The notes: generated by a model not told the origin, from the letters alone. A DNA stretch of 64,000 nucleotides from Sedimentisphaerales bacterium (GCA_963708075.1 OY970194.1:3072001-3136000), one strand, 5' to 3'. Counted from the stretch's first letter, positions 9,175 through 19,992 are shown. Translations and numbers: made by a program.

Positions 9175-11775
9175 TCAGCTTTTCTCCCAGAGCACCAGCC
9201 CGTGCTCGTAGGCGTTCACCTGGTCACGGTGGTTCGGCAGGACTCTCACGGCGACCCCGTGCTGGCCGGTCATCTGGCAGGCCATGCGACCGGAGAACCA
9301 GTGCCCGCCATCGTCCCCGGCCTTCTTCTCATGCACCATCCGAACGGTCGCACCGTCGTGGATATGCCCCCATGAGTCTGTGGGCCCGTGATACAGTTCC
9401 ACGCAGACATCCTGAGGCTGCATTCGCCCGATCTTGATGAGCGCCCGGATGGTCAGCTCGGAGCCGACCTTCAACTGCGGCTGGCGAGGATTGAGCGACT
9501 CGCCGTCTTCGCCATTGTGGGCACGCATCACGACTTCGCAGACAGCGAACTCCGACCAGGCCTGCCGGATCTCCGACTTCCAGCGAGCCAGGGCTTTCAC
9601 CCGGCTCATCGCATCGTCGGTCAGGTATCGGTACCGGGTCGCCGAAGGATTGTAGAACCGGCGGGTGTATTCGCCGAGCATCCGCTGCGTGTTGAATCGC
9701 GGCGCCACGGATTTGATCGAGGCGCGCATTTTCTGAATCCATGCGCGAGGCAGATTGCCCACGGACCGCGAGAAGAACATGGGCACAACCTCATTCTCCA
9801 GGACGCTGTACAGAGCCTGGGACTCGACCGCATCCTGATACGCGGGGTCATCGTAACATTCCCCGCCGCCGATGATCCAGCCGTTCTCCGGGGTGTAGCC
9901 CTCGCACCACCAGCCGTCGAGCGTGCTCAAGTTGATGACGCCGTTGGCCCCCGCCTTCATCCCGCTGGTTCCGCTGGCTTCCATGGGTCGCCGCGGGTTG
10001 TTCAGCCAGACATCGACGCCGCGCACGAGGACGCGGGCCACATCGATGTCGTAGTCTTCGAGGAAGATGATCCGCCGCCGCACGGCCTCCTGGGAAGCGA
10101 AATGGCTGATGTGACGGATGATCTCCTTGCCGCCGTCGTCCTTCGGGTGCGCCTTGCCGGCGAAGATGATCTGGACCGGGCATTCCGGGTTGTTGACCAG
10201 CGCGGCCAGACGCTCGGCCTCTCGCAGGAGCAGGTCGCCTCTCTTGTAGGCGACGAACCGCCGTGCAAAGCCGATCGTCAATGCCTCGGGGTCCAAGACC
10301 TCCTCGGCCTGTTTCAACTCCGTCAGGCACGTGCCGCGACGCTGCATCTGCGTCACCAGCCGCTTTCGGGCAAAGACAACCAACTGTTCCTTGCACCGCT
10401 GATGGGCGCTCCACAGCTCCTCATCGGGAATCTGCTCCACCTGCTCCCACACGGATTTGTCGAACGTCGTCTGGTTCCAGGCGGGTCCGAGGTATCGCTC
10501 ATACAGAGAGGCCATCTCATCCGCCAGCCAAGTTCTGAGGTGAATCCCATTCGTGATGGAGGTGATTGGCACTTCCCGGGTGGGCAGGCCGGGCCAGAGC
10601 GAGCCCCACACCTCGCGCGACGTCTGCCCATGCAGCTTGCTGACGCCATTGATATAGCTGCTGAGCTTGATGGCCAGGACAGGCATCTTGAACGGTTCAT
10701 TCTCGTCGTCCGGCAGAATCCTGCCCAGCGATAAGAACTGACGCCGGTTGATGCCCAGGTGCGGGAAGTAGCCGCCGAAGTACTTATCCATGAGCTCGAC
10801 GCTGAACTCATCGAGGCCGGCCTTGACGAGTGTATGCGTCGTGAATACATTGCCGGCCCTGGTGGCCTCGACGGCCTCCTCGAAACTCATGTTCGTGGTG
10901 GCCCGCAACTGCCGGACGCGCTCCAGAGCCATGAAAGCCGCATGTCCCTCATTCATGTGGCAGACAGTCGGTGTGATGCCCATCGCCGCCAGGGCCTTCA
11001 AGCCCCCGATGCCCAGCAGAATCTCCTGGCGGATGCGCAGCTCGCGGTCGCCGCCGTACAGGCTGCTGGTCGTCATACGGTCGGCCGGCGAGTTGGCTTC
11101 GATATTCGTGTCGAGCAGGTACAGCTTCACCCTGCCCACGGAAACGCACCAGATCTGGGCCTGCACGCAGCGGCCCGGATACTCCACGCTGATGATCAAA
11201 GGTCGGCCGCTGCTCTTGCACACCAGATCGACGGGCATGTTGTGCGGGTCGTTGTCCGCGTAGGCCTCCTGCTGCCAGCCATCGACGTTGAGGTATTGGC
11301 GAAAGTAACCTTTCTGGTACATCAGGCCGATGCCGACGATGGGGATGCCGAGGTCCGATGCGCTCTTGAGATGATCGCCCGCGAGAATTCCCAGTCCGCC
11401 TGCATAGATCGGCAGGCTCTCGTGGAGCCCGAATTCCGCACTGAAATAGGCGATAACTGCCTCGCGATTATCGCTGCAAACCTTCTCGAACCAGGAGGGC
11501 GCCTCGATATATTCCTGCAGGGTGGCCGATGCCCGCTTCAACTCGTTCAGGAAGCTCTCGTTGGTCGAAAGCGCCTCCAGCCGCTCCTGCGGGACACTGC
11601 CCAGCAGCTTGACCGGGTTGTGTCCGCTTGCGACCCATAAACCCGGATCGATCCGCCGGAACAGCTCGGAAATCTGAGGATTCCAGGACCAAAGCAGATT
11701 ATTGGCAAGGACATCCAGTTCCCTCAATGACTCGGGCAGCGCTGGCAACACGGTGAAGCTACGCACACTCGGCAT
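9175..11775 (-). CDS. glgP: Alpha-glucan (glycogen/maltodextrin) phosphorylase
   Basis: 866 aa; AYFSAEFG, YAGGLGILAGDHLKSASD, HMNEGH, GFARRF..YKR and the PLP-lysine motif EASGTSGMK. Confidence 0.95.
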   Translation of the reverse strand: MPSVRSFTVLPALPESLRELDVLANNLLWSWNPQISELFRRIDPGLWVASGHNPVKLLGSVPQERLEALSTNESFLNELKRASATLQEYIEAPSWFEKVCSDNREAVIAYFSAEFGLHESLPIYAGGLGILAGDHLKSASDLGIPIVGIGLMYQKGYFRQYLNVDGWQQEAYADNDPHNMPVDLVCKSSGRPLIISVEYPGRCVQAQIWCVSVGRVKLYLLDTNIEANSPADRMTTSSLYGGDRELRIRQEILLGIGGLKALAAMGITPTVCHMNEGHAAFMALERVRQLRATTNMSFEEAVEATRAGNVFTTHTLVKAGLDEFSVELMDKYFGGYFPHLGINRRQFLSLGRILPDDENEPFKMPVLAIKLSSYINGVSKLHGQTSREVWGSLWPGLPTREVPITSITNGIHLRTWLADEMASLYERYLGPAWNQTTFDKSVWEQVEQIPDEELWSAHQRCKEQLVVFARKRLVTQMQRRGTCLTELKQAEEVLDPEALTIGFARRFVAYKRGDLLLREAERLAALVNNPECPVQIIFAGKAHPKDDGGKEIIRHISHFASQEAVRRRIIFLEDYDIDVARVLVRGVDVWLNNPRRPMEASGTSGMKAGANGVINLSTLDGWWCEGYTPENGWIIGGGECYDDPAYQDAVESQALYSVLENEVVPMFFSRSVGNLPRAWIQKMRASIKSVAPRFNTQRMLGEYTRRFYNPSATRYRYLTDDAMSRVKALARWKSEIRQAWSEFAVCEVVMRAHNGEDGESLNPRQPQLKVGSELTIRALIKIGRMQPQDVCVELYHGPTDSWGHIHDGATVRMVHEKKAGDDGGHWFSGRMACQMTGQHGVAVRVLPNHRDQVNAYEHGLVLWEKS

Positions 11776-11934
11776 GTATACTCCTTACAACGTAAAATCT
11801 CTGTGCGGCGACGCCTACTCCGGCGCGGCGAACCGCTGACAAGCCGCATAGAGCCAAACCAGGTCCTTGACCCTGTATCGGCAGTTCCTTCCACCTGCTT
11901 AAGCTCGAAAGGCATAGGCGCAGACCCGAGCCCC

Positions 11935-12026
11935 GGAAGTGAGGAAGGCGGGGAGGTAAGAGGATAAGAGGGGAGGAACTCGTATCCTGCCTTCTTGTGC
12001 TCTTCCCTTCTTGCCTTCTTGTCTCC
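11935..12026. repeat. Purine-rich/pyrimidine-rich short-period imperfect hairpin
   Basis: ggaagtgaggaaggcggggaggtaagaggataagag ... ccttcttgtgctcttcccttcttgccttcttgtctcc. Confidence 0.5.
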
Positions 12027-12092
12027 GCACCGTGCCTCTTGATGGGCAGACAATGGGCCGTTTAACCGACTACAGATGAAGATCAGCCACCC

Positions 12093-12190
12093 CAACTGAC
12101 AACTTGACCACCAACTACCGGTTATCAGTTGTCAGTTCCCGGTTCACAGTTGTTGAGAACCGAGAACTGCCAACTGTCAACTGACAACTA
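12093..12190. repeat. Heptamer tandem repeats (AACTGAC/GTCAGTT) in inverted arrangement
   Basis: caactgacaact...cagttgtcagtt...gaactgccaactgtcaactgacaact directly after the redoxin stop codon. Confidence 0.7.
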
Positions 12191-13315
12191 TTTGTACACC
12201 CGGCCCAGGCATTCGACGACAGCCTTTTTCACAGCCAGGGGTTCAATCGTCCCCAGATGGCGGTAAGCGACCTCGCCACCGGGCTTGATCAACAATGTAT
12301 AGGGGATCGCGCCGGGCCACTTCGGGTCCACGGCGTCGATGAGGGCATAGACATCGCCGTCATAGACGTGGTTCGTGAAAGACGCCTGGTTCTTCTTGAG
12401 GAACGAGAGCGCCCTGTCCTTCGCTTCGCTCCCTTCGACGTTGATGCTCACCATCTTGAACTCACGCCCGCGATACATGCGATTGATCTCGATGAACTCA
12501 GGAAACTCGGCGACGCAGGGTCCACAACGGGTAGACCAGATATTGACCAGGCACACGTCGTTTGAGTCGTTCTTGAGTATCTTCTTAACCCCTGCCAAAT
12601 CTATCGTCTGGAGATTGACCGGCTCTTGAGCCCATTTTTCAAAAGACTGCTTCGCAGAGGCACGTTTATCTGACCATTTGATGGAGCAGCCGAAAGTCTT
12701 GGTTTTTTCCAGCGGCACAGGCCGCCCGGCCAGCAGGGCTTCGATGGCGTTACGGGCATCGGGCGAGGTGACCTTGTCCGGCTGCTTCTCATTGTTGTCC
12801 ACTCTGCCGACGTAGCGCAGCTTTCGCTCGCTGTCGAAGATGAACACGTGGGGTGTGGTCATCGGGCCGTAGGCTTTCGCGGCCTCCTGCTTGTCGCCGT
12901 CATAGAGATACGGGAAGTTGAAGTCCTTGTCCTTGGCACGGATCTTCATATCGGCCAGCGAGTCGCCCAGGTCGGTATAGCCCAGCTCATCCAGCCGGAC
13001 CGCCTGTGAATCGTTCGGCGAGATCGCCACAAGCGAGACTCCCTTATCCTTATAGTCCGCCGCCAAAGCCTTGATCCGCTCCTCATACGCCTGCGCGGTT
13101 GGGCAGTGATTGCACGTGAACACGATGGCAAGCACCTTCGCCTTTTTGTAGTCCGACAGCTTGTGCTTCTTCCCATCCACCCCGGGCAGCACAAAATCCG
13201 GCGCCGTCGCCCCAATCTCCAGCGTCTTGATCTCCTCCGCCGCGGCTGAAATCCCAGCGACAATCAGGCCAATAACGAGGGCAGAAACGATTGCTTTGCA
13301 GGTTAGTCCGTTCAT
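12188..13315 (-). CDS. Secreted double-redoxin protein (AhpC/TSA-like domain plus TlpA-like domain)
   Basis: Signal peptide; APDF.LPGVDGK, CNHCP, TPHVFIFD...Y.GR.D and GCSIKW; second domain VNIWSTRCGPCVAEFP...IPYT. Confidence 0.85.
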   Translation of the reverse strand: MNGLTCKAIVSALVIGLIVAGISAAAEEIKTLEIGATAPDFVLPGVDGKKHKLSDYKKAKVLAIVFTCNHCPTAQAYEERIKALAADYKDKGVSLVAISPNDSQAVRLDELGYTDLGDSLADMKIRAKDKDFNFPYLYDGDKQEAAKAYGPMTTPHVFIFDSERKLRYVGRVDNNEKQPDKVTSPDARNAIEALLAGRPVPLEKTKTFGCSIKWSDKRASAKQSFEKWAQEPVNLQTIDLAGVKKILKNDSNDVCLVNIWSTRCGPCVAEFPEFIEINRMYRGREFKMVSINVEGSEAKDRALSFLKKNQASFTNHVYDGDVYALIDAVDPKWPGAIPYTLLIKPGGEVAYRHLGTIEPLAVKKAVVECLGRVYK

Positions 13316-13334
13316 CAGTTCTCTCCTATCAATC

Positions 13335-13355
13335 GTGGGGTGGGTTCAACCCACC
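13335..13355 (+). repeat. REP-like palindrome (GTAG-family variant)
   Basis: gtggggtgggttcaacccacc, related to the pair at 14844-14916. Confidence 0.6.
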
Positions 13356-13379
13356 ATTCCCCCGTAGTCTACCCGATCC

Positions 13380-14816
13380 TCAGTCTTGATGCCAGCCAAG
13401 GGCCTCGATTCGTGCGAATTCCGTCTGGATGTCGTCGCCCTCGTAAAAGGAGAGCCAGCCGTGCAGGCGGCGCGTCTGCCCCGGCTCCAGGTCGGGAAAC
13501 TTCGGGTCGGAGTGGAAACACGGGCACTGCTCGTTGCCCCAGGGCCGATTGCAACTCTCCCAGGCCGTGATGATCCAGCGTTTGCCGTCCTCGGACCGGC
13601 AGGCAACATAGGGATTCGTAAAGACCTTGTTCTCATTCGTCTGCGAGGCAAACCCCACCGCCATCTTCGTCATCACGCAAATCTGCACCCGCAGGTCCGT
13701 CAGTTTTTGATCGGTCCCATTCCTCAGCCACATCTCCATCCGCACTGCCTCTTTCGTCGGCACCGCTTTCACACCGAACGCGATCCCATTCGGCAGAACC
13801 CGCTCGATATCCAGGCTGCCATCAGCCCGCCGGTTCCATTCCAGTTTTGGCAGCTCAATCCCCTGCTTCGTCCAGATCGTGTCGATGTGCTTGTGCGCCA
13901 GGTACGTCAGCCCCAGGTTCGACCAGATCGCCTCCGGCACATCCACCACAACATAGCTGTTCGGGTCCCACGGCGTGAACACGCTGAACTTCGTCTCCCG
14001 TTGCGGGTCGATGGCCCCCTCCAGAAACCCAATCCGAGGATGCCTTCCCCCTGGATACGGCAGGATGAGCAGCGGCGCATCTTTTTCCCTTCGGGGCCGA
14101 TTGGGCAGATAGATTTCGTTCGTCTTCTGGGCCGCATAGATCGCCTCGGGCTTGAGTCCCGTCGCCGCCTGCACGTCGCGGGTCCCGAACCGATGATACC
14201 AGATCATGTTCTGAAGCCAGTACTTCACATTATCCGGCGTTATCGGGCGGCGGGTGTTAGCCGGCATCAAATCCGCTATCCCCTCGTCGGCCTTACCTTC
14301 CCATCTCAGGCGAGGGATCTCCTCTGTCTTGATCGACCTGACGCTTCCATCCACGAACAGCACGTTGCAGCGCTGGTCCTGATGGTGCTTTGTCGTCAGA
14401 AGCTCCGCCCCGCCGGCCAGATTCCATCCGCCGGTACTCTCAAAGAGCAGAACAACATCCGGTGCACTCTGCGCGTCGGCACGCGGATTCATGGCATAAT
14501 CGCATCGCCCCTTCCCTCCCGTCGGGCATTTGAAGGCCCTCTCTGAAGCATTTGGACTGACGAGCCCAACGAGCACATCACACCACTTGTCCGCAGCCGG
14601 ATATGCTCCACCATGCTCCTCCGCATAGAGGCTCAACCCCACGCCCAGCGTCCTCAGATTCGCCAGACAGACGACACGACGAGCTCTGGTTCGCGGAGGC
14701 CTTGTGAGAGAAATGAGGTAAGCCAGAATCAAGATGCCGATAAGGACTCCCAAGACAATTCGCAGCGGCAAGAAGGTATGACCACGATCAGGTTTTTTGT
14801 TTGCCGGCTCGCTCAT
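13380..14816 (-). CDS. Membrane-anchored protein: pilin-like/H-X9-DG-type N-terminal half fused to a ~280-aa domain of unknown function
   Basis: TM helix, C.ANLR.LG.GL..YA..H.G.YP, FKCP, YAMN and H....CNVLFVDGSV; the reading frame continues past this motif. Confidence 0.7.
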   Translation of the reverse strand: MSEPANKKPDRGHTFLPLRIVLGVLIGILILAYLISLTRPPRTRARRVVCLANLRTLGVGLSLYAEEHGGAYPAADKWCDVLVGLVSPNASERAFKCPTGGKGRCDYAMNPRADAQSAPDVVLLFESTGGWNLAGGAELLTTKHHQDQRCNVLFVDGSVRSIKTEEIPRLRWEGKADEGIADLMPANTRRPITPDNVKYWLQNMIWYHRFGTRDVQAATGLKPEAIYAAQKTNEIYLPNRPRREKDAPLLILPYPGGRHPRIGFLEGAIDPQRETKFSVFTPWDPNSYVVVDVPEAIWSNLGLTYLAHKHIDTIWTKQGIELPKLEWNRRADGSLDIERVLPNGIAFGVKAVPTKEAVRMEMWLRNGTDQKLTDLRVQICVMTKMAVGFASQTNENKVFTNPYVACRSEDGKRWIITAWESCNRPWGNEQCPCFHSDPKFPDLEPGQTRRLHGWLSFYEGDDIQTEFARIEALGWHQD

Positions 14817-14843
14817 TCTGTCGTCCTCGCACGCATCGCTTAT

Positions 14844-14916
14844 GTAGGGTGGGTTCTCAACCCACGCGTCAATACATGTATGCCAGCCAACCGCGTGGGT
14901 CAAGGACCCACCCTAC
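14844..14916. repeat. Inverted REP doublet (REPIN-like)
   Basis: GTAGGGTGGGttctcaACCCACGCG ...23 bp... CGCGTGGGTcaaggaCCCACCCTAC. Confidence 0.8.
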
Positions 14917-14932
14917 GAATTCGGCAGATGGA

Positions 14933-17900
14933 TCACTTATTCGCGGTCGCGAACGTCTTCTTCATGAAGCGAAGGAGGGTTTGGGGCTCGAAGTAGGGTT
15001 CGGGGAGGCGCAGGTGGATGGTCTTGGGATCGGGGATTCGGACGGAGCCCTTGGTGTTGGCGAAGAGGCGGTTGACGTTCTTGCCGGGGTCGTTTCTGAA
15101 GGAGAAGATGAGGTCGCCCGTGGGTCGGCCGCCCTCGTAGGGGATGTCGTTCGAGGACATCTGGACGATGATGCTGCGGATGCCCCATTTGGCGGCGGCG
15201 ATGCGCAGCTCGGCGATCTCGATCAGGACTTTGACCTCGTCCGGGACCGGGCCGTAGACGTCGGCCAGGCCGGCCTGTATCTGCTCCAGGTCCGCCGGCG
15301 TCCGCGCCACGGCGATCTTGCGGTAGGCGTCCATGCGGTGACGCTCGAGGGGAATGTAGTTCTTCGGGATGAAGGCGGGAAAGCCGAGGTCGATCGTGGT
15401 CGTCGGCAGGGGCTCGACCTTCTCATTCTTCATCTCTCGCACGGCATCGGCCAGCATCTCGCAGTACATCTGGTAGCCGACCATCTGGATGTGGCCGGAC
15501 TGCTCGGCGCCGAGGATGTTGCCCGCCCCGCGGATTTCCAGGTCGCGCAGCGCGATGCGAAAGCCCGCGCCGAGGTGCGAGTATTCCTCGATGGCTTTGA
15601 GCCGCTTGGCGGCGATGGGCGAGACCGGCCGGGTATTGGGCAGGAGCATGTAGGCGTACGCCCGGTGCTTGTACCGCCCCACTCTGCCGCGAAGCTGGTG
15701 CATCTCTGCCAGGCCGAAACGGTCGGCGTCGTTGATCAGGATCGTGTTGGCGTTCGGGATGTCCAGGCCCGACTCGATGATCGTCGTGCACACCAGCACG
15801 TCCGTGTGGCCGAGCACGAAGTTGATCATGGCGTCCTCGAGCTCGCGCTTGCTCATCTGGCCATGCGCGATATCGACTCTGGCATCGGGCGCGAGATTGC
15901 GAATCTCCAAAGCCTTTCTGTCGATGGACTGAACGCGGTTGTGCAGAAAGAAGACCTGGCCCTGGCGATTGAGCTCGCGATAGATGGCCTTGCGGATCAA
16001 CTCGGGATTGTAAGCGGTGACGCTGGTGACAATACTGCGGCGGTCCAGCGGCGCGGTGGTCAGCGAGCTGATGTCACGCAATCCGAGCAATGCCATGTGC
16101 AGCGTGCGCGGGATGGGCGTGGCGGTCATCGTCAGGATGTCCACGTTCACCCGCATTCGCTTGAGGCGTTCCTTGTGCTCAACGCCGAATCGCTGCTCCT
16201 CGTCGATGATGAGCAGGCCCAGGTCCTTGAAGGCGACGTCGCCGCTGAGCAAGCGGTGCGTGCCGATGAGAATATCCACGTTGCCCTCGCGTGTGCGGGC
16301 GAGGATTTCCTTGGCCTGTCTGCCGGTCTTGAAGCGGTTGAGGACCTCGATGGTGATGGGGAAGTCGGCGAACCGCTCGGTGAAGGTGCGGCCGTGCTGA
16401 ACGGACAGGACCGTCGTCGGGACGAGCACGGCAACCTGCTTGCCGCTCTCGACGGCCTTGAACGCCGCTCGCATCGCCAGCTCGGTCTTGCCATAGCCGA
16501 CGTCGCCGCACAGGAGGCGGTCCATGGCGGTAGGTTCCCGCATGTCGGCCTTGATCTCACCGACCGCCGTGATCTGGTCCGGCGTCTCCTGGTACGGGAA
16601 CGACTCCTCGAACTCCATCTGCCAGCTCGAGTCCTCGCCGTATGCGATGCCGCCGATCGCCTGGCGCTTCGCCTGAACCTCCAGCATCTCCGCCGCCAGG
16701 TCGCGGACGGACTCGGCGACTTTCTCCTTCTGCTTCTGCCATCGTTTCGAGCCGATTTTGCTGAGTGTCGGCCGCTTTGGGCTCGTGCCGATGTACTTCT
16801 GGATCAGCGCGATGTTCTGGACGGCTACGTGGATCTTGACACCATCGGCGTACTCGATGGTCAGGTATTCCACCTTGGCGCCCTTCTCCTCGATGGTCTC
16901 TGTGCCCTGGAATTTGCCGACGCCGTAGGAGGCGTGGACCACGTAATCGCCCGACTGCAGGTCGGCCAGCGTATCCACCGGGGCCGTCGTGTGCGTCGCC
17001 CGCTCACGGCGGCGAAGGGCATATTGCCCGAATAGTTCATGATGGCTGACGACGATCGCGTTGAGCGGCTCGACAAAGAAGCCCTGGTGCACGTAGCCGA
17101 GCGGCAGGTGAAAGTTGCGCGGCACCTCGCGGTCGATTTCCTTGATGATCTCGGTGACCCGCTGGACCTCGGCGGGGCTCTCGCAGTACAGGGAGACGCT
17201 GTTGCCTTCTTTCGCCCGCTGGATCAACTCTTCAAGGGCGGCCTTGTGTCCGGCCCAGAGGGAGGTGGCCTTGCGCTCGAACTGCTGAACGCTCTTGACG
17301 GCTAGCCGCAGGAATTCTTCCGGCTCGCCTGTGGCGAATCGGCAGACGTGCAACTGCGTGAACCGGGCCATGGAGTTGTAGATATCCGCCCACGGATAGA
17401 GCCGGCCGGCCTTTTCCACGCGGGCCAGGAACACGCTGGCGACCTCCTGGACCTCGTTCGGCTCCTCCAGGATGACGATGGTCTCCTGCGGCAGGATGTT
17501 CGTGAACAGCTCCCGCTGCTCCACGACCACCTGCGACGCGGCGGCCACGATGTTGATGCTCCGAATCTCGTGCGTGGAGCGCTGGGTATCGAGGTTGATC
17601 CGGCGGATGCTCTCGATGGTATCGCCGAAGAACTCGATCCGGATAGGCTGTGCCTCCTGCTCCGGCTGCTCCGCGTCGCGGGGGTTCAGCAGGACCTCGC
17701 CGCTGGTCAGAGGGGCATAGATATCGATAATCCCGCCCCGGCGGGCGAACTGGCCGGGCAGGTCCACCGCATCGACCCGCTCGAAGTTGTTTCCTACCAG
17801 CCACTCGACAACCGCATCGGGGTCGATGGTTGCGTTGTGCTTGAGACGCAGGGAGCTTTCCTCCAGCGCCGTCGGCTTGGGAATTGGCTGGCAGATCGCC

Positions 17901-18258
17901 TGAATGGGGGCCGCGATGACAAGGTCGCGGTGTCGCGAAGAGTCGGCCAGCCGCGACACGACCCGCAGCCTTTCCGCCCGAGTCTCGTCCGTCGCATCGG
18001 CCAGATCCTCCTCGCCCTCCCACGCGGGCAGAAGCTCGACGTGAGTAGCCCCGAACGTCTTGAGGTCATCGAACGCCCGGTCGGCGTCATCGATGTGTGC
18101 ACAGAGGTACAAGACAGGCCTGTGAAGGGTCTTCGAGGCTTGAGCGGCCAGCAGGCGCGAAAAGATCCCCACGTCCCCTCGACTTTCACCGGCCCCTGCG
18201 GGGAGCGGCTCAGTCGGGAGAGCACCTGAGAAACCACCATGTCTCCTGCCAGATCCAT
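14933..18258 (-). CDS. mfd: Transcription-repair coupling factor Mfd (apparent frameshift near 18160)
   Basis: GQFARRGGIIDIY, GDYVVH..YGVGKF, DRLLCGDVGYGKTE, DEEQRFG, TATPIPRTL, QLRGRVGR and a TRCF C-terminus. The true N-terminus MDLAGD...VEGTWGSF lies in a different frame (ORF 17794..18348). Confidence 0.95.
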
Positions 18259-18562
18259 AGTACGGTTCTGCCACGGGCAGTATAACAGACGGGGATACCG
18301 AGGGCGAGCAAGATCCCTCCGAGCGCCCACGGACCGTATCGCCTCCACGCCGGACCCGGTTCATTCACACCGGGCCGGGCATCCCTATTACTATCCGTTG
18401 GCAACAGGAATTGTTCGCTGCGGCGGAGCCGGCTCCGGCGAGGGGGTCAAAACTGGGCTGGGGCTTGCAGCGACAGGCCCCAGCCCAGAACATGAACGCC
18501 AGGCTGCTTCTCTATAATGCTCCGCCCACCATAAACGGCGATTAGAGAGCATCGGCTATGAT

Positions 18563-18656
18563 GGGTGGCAGCGACAAGCGCCAGCTTGCCGATGGCTCGC
18601 GTCTATGGCTGTACGCCATCGGCAAGCTCCGAAGACTCCGCATGCCGCTGCCACCC
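18563..18656. repeat. 94-bp palindromic element, copy 1 (MITE/REPIN-like)
   Basis: GGGTGGCAGCG...CGCTGCCACCC termini with inner TTGCCGATGGC/GCCATCGGCAA arms; an inverted copy lies at 38373-38466. Confidence 0.8.
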
Positions 18657-18686
18657 GGTATCCACCAGACTAGCGTAGTCGGAGTA

Positions 18687-19361
18687 TTAGAGTACTCGGC
18701 GTCGTCGCAGCAAGCCAATCAGTCCGACGCCCAGGGAGCCAAGTGCGATAGCGGCAGGCGCCGGGATGGGAGTAGCCAGGTTGACAAACGACGCGGGGCC
18801 GCCGGTGGCGAATGCCTCCGTCTGGAGACCGATGCGAAATTGCCCTGCCTGGATCTGCTGCAGGAGCTGCGCCGTGGTTGTGTCCGGGCTCAGATTCGCC
18901 CTCAACTGCAGCGCCTCGCCCGGATTGATGCCTTGGGCGGCCGATTCTGTGATCAACGAGAAATCGGACGACGTCACGAAGGCCGGCGTCAGGGATGTCC
19001 CGCCGGGAAACTCGACCGCCGTTGTAGGCCGGTCAAAGTCGACACCCGTGCTGGTGAACGTGGTGTCGTCCAGGCCTGCAAGCATGGGAGTGGTCAGGTC
19101 ATCAAGGAAGACGCCCGTGACGGAGGAGGGGAGGGTTCCGGCGTTCTCGACAGTGAACAAGACCTGATCTGCCGGAAGCTCCGCGACATTCATGACAAGT
19201 TGATCCCGGCCGATCACCGCGTTCCCGATATCGCTGCCCGGGACATCGCTGAAAAGAAACGTCGTGCCGCTCGTGAATTCGGCATACGCCGCACCTCCGT
19301 ACATGCCGAAAGCAAATACGGTAACCAGTGATACGCGCATAACCACGTCATGTAACCTCAT
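18687..19361 (-). CDS. PEP-CTERM-like (PAP variant) exosortase-target secreted protein
   Basis: GGAGG RBS and signal peptide ending AYA; C-terminus IPAPAAIALGSLGVGLIGLLRRRRVL. Confidence 0.8.
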   Translation of the reverse strand: MRLHDVVMRVSLVTVFAFGMYGGAAYAEFTSGTTFLFSDVPGSDIGNAVIGRDQLVMNVAELPADQVLFTVENAGTLPSSVTGVFLDDLTTPMLAGLDDTTFTSTGVDFDRPTTAVEFPGGTSLTPAFVTSSDFSLITESAAQGINPGEALQLRANLSPDTTTAQLLQQIQAGQFRIGLQTEAFATGGPASFVNLATPIPAPAAIALGSLGVGLIGLLRRRRVL

Positions 19362-19436
19362 TGCTGCACCTCCATGATTTGTGCTGTCGTTCCGACCAGC
19401 AAGTTCACGATCCATCACGAATCCCTGCACAAGTAC

Positions 19437-19491
19437 ATGAAAGACCTCGCACCGGCGTCGGGCAAAACGCCCGTGTCGGAACCGCGAAGTC
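19437..19491 (-). terminator. Long hairpin followed by UUU in the leader of the PEP-CTERM-like gene
   Basis: Minus strand reads GACTTCGC..CCGACACGGGC-gtttt-GCCCGACGCCGG..GCGAGGTC-TTTCAT. Confidence 0.4.
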
Positions 19492-19756
19492 CTGCTCTCC
19501 CCTGGTGAGGCCCGCCGCTCTCCCCTGCGGGAAGGCGAGGCCATGTGGCGGTTTGTTCTCCGGTCCATCCCTCCTTTCTTGTTGACTTGTACTCTGATAG
19601 CGGCGCCGGTTGACAGCCAACCCGACGGTCCGGTTATCCTGCAGACTCCCTGAGGTTTGCAGAGGATGATTGGAGGCAGGGCGCCGCGCGCGTTGTTCAT
19701 CTGGATGCGCATCCCCGCCGTACTATCCCCCATGCAACTCGTGCTTAAGCTCAATC

Positions 19757-19783
19757 CTATCGGCGCAGCGCCACCGCCATTAG
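19757..19783 (-). promoter_or_regulatory. Putative sigma28-type promoter upstream of the PEP-CTERM-like gene
   Basis: Minus strand CTAA-N15-GCCGATAG. Confidence 0.4.
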
Positions 19784-19992
19784 GTGTGGTCCCTGATTTG
19801 TTCAAGCAGGTTACGCAAATACGGTACATCCCGCCGTCAAGGCGCATCTGCCGCCCTACGCCTCGTTAGGTGATGCGCCCACGTGTATGCGAGCGAAGCA
19901 GAACGCTGAACCGGACGATAGACATTCCCCGGGGGCGGAAGGGCCCGGCCCGTATGTCTTCAGTAGATGGTGGAGATCGATGCCGCAGGCGG

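Noticed and set aside
18259..18364. N-terminal extensions given by the ORF track for mfd, cimA, the PTS IIA gene, the PEP-CTERM-like gene and others
   Set aside because: Downstream starts have better RBS and family-typical N-termini; the mfd extension arises from the frameshift.
19590..19700. c-di-GMP-I riboswitch upstream of the PEP-CTERM-like gene
   Set aside because: GCAAACC is present, but the GNRA-capped stem and GACGCAAAG core are not.
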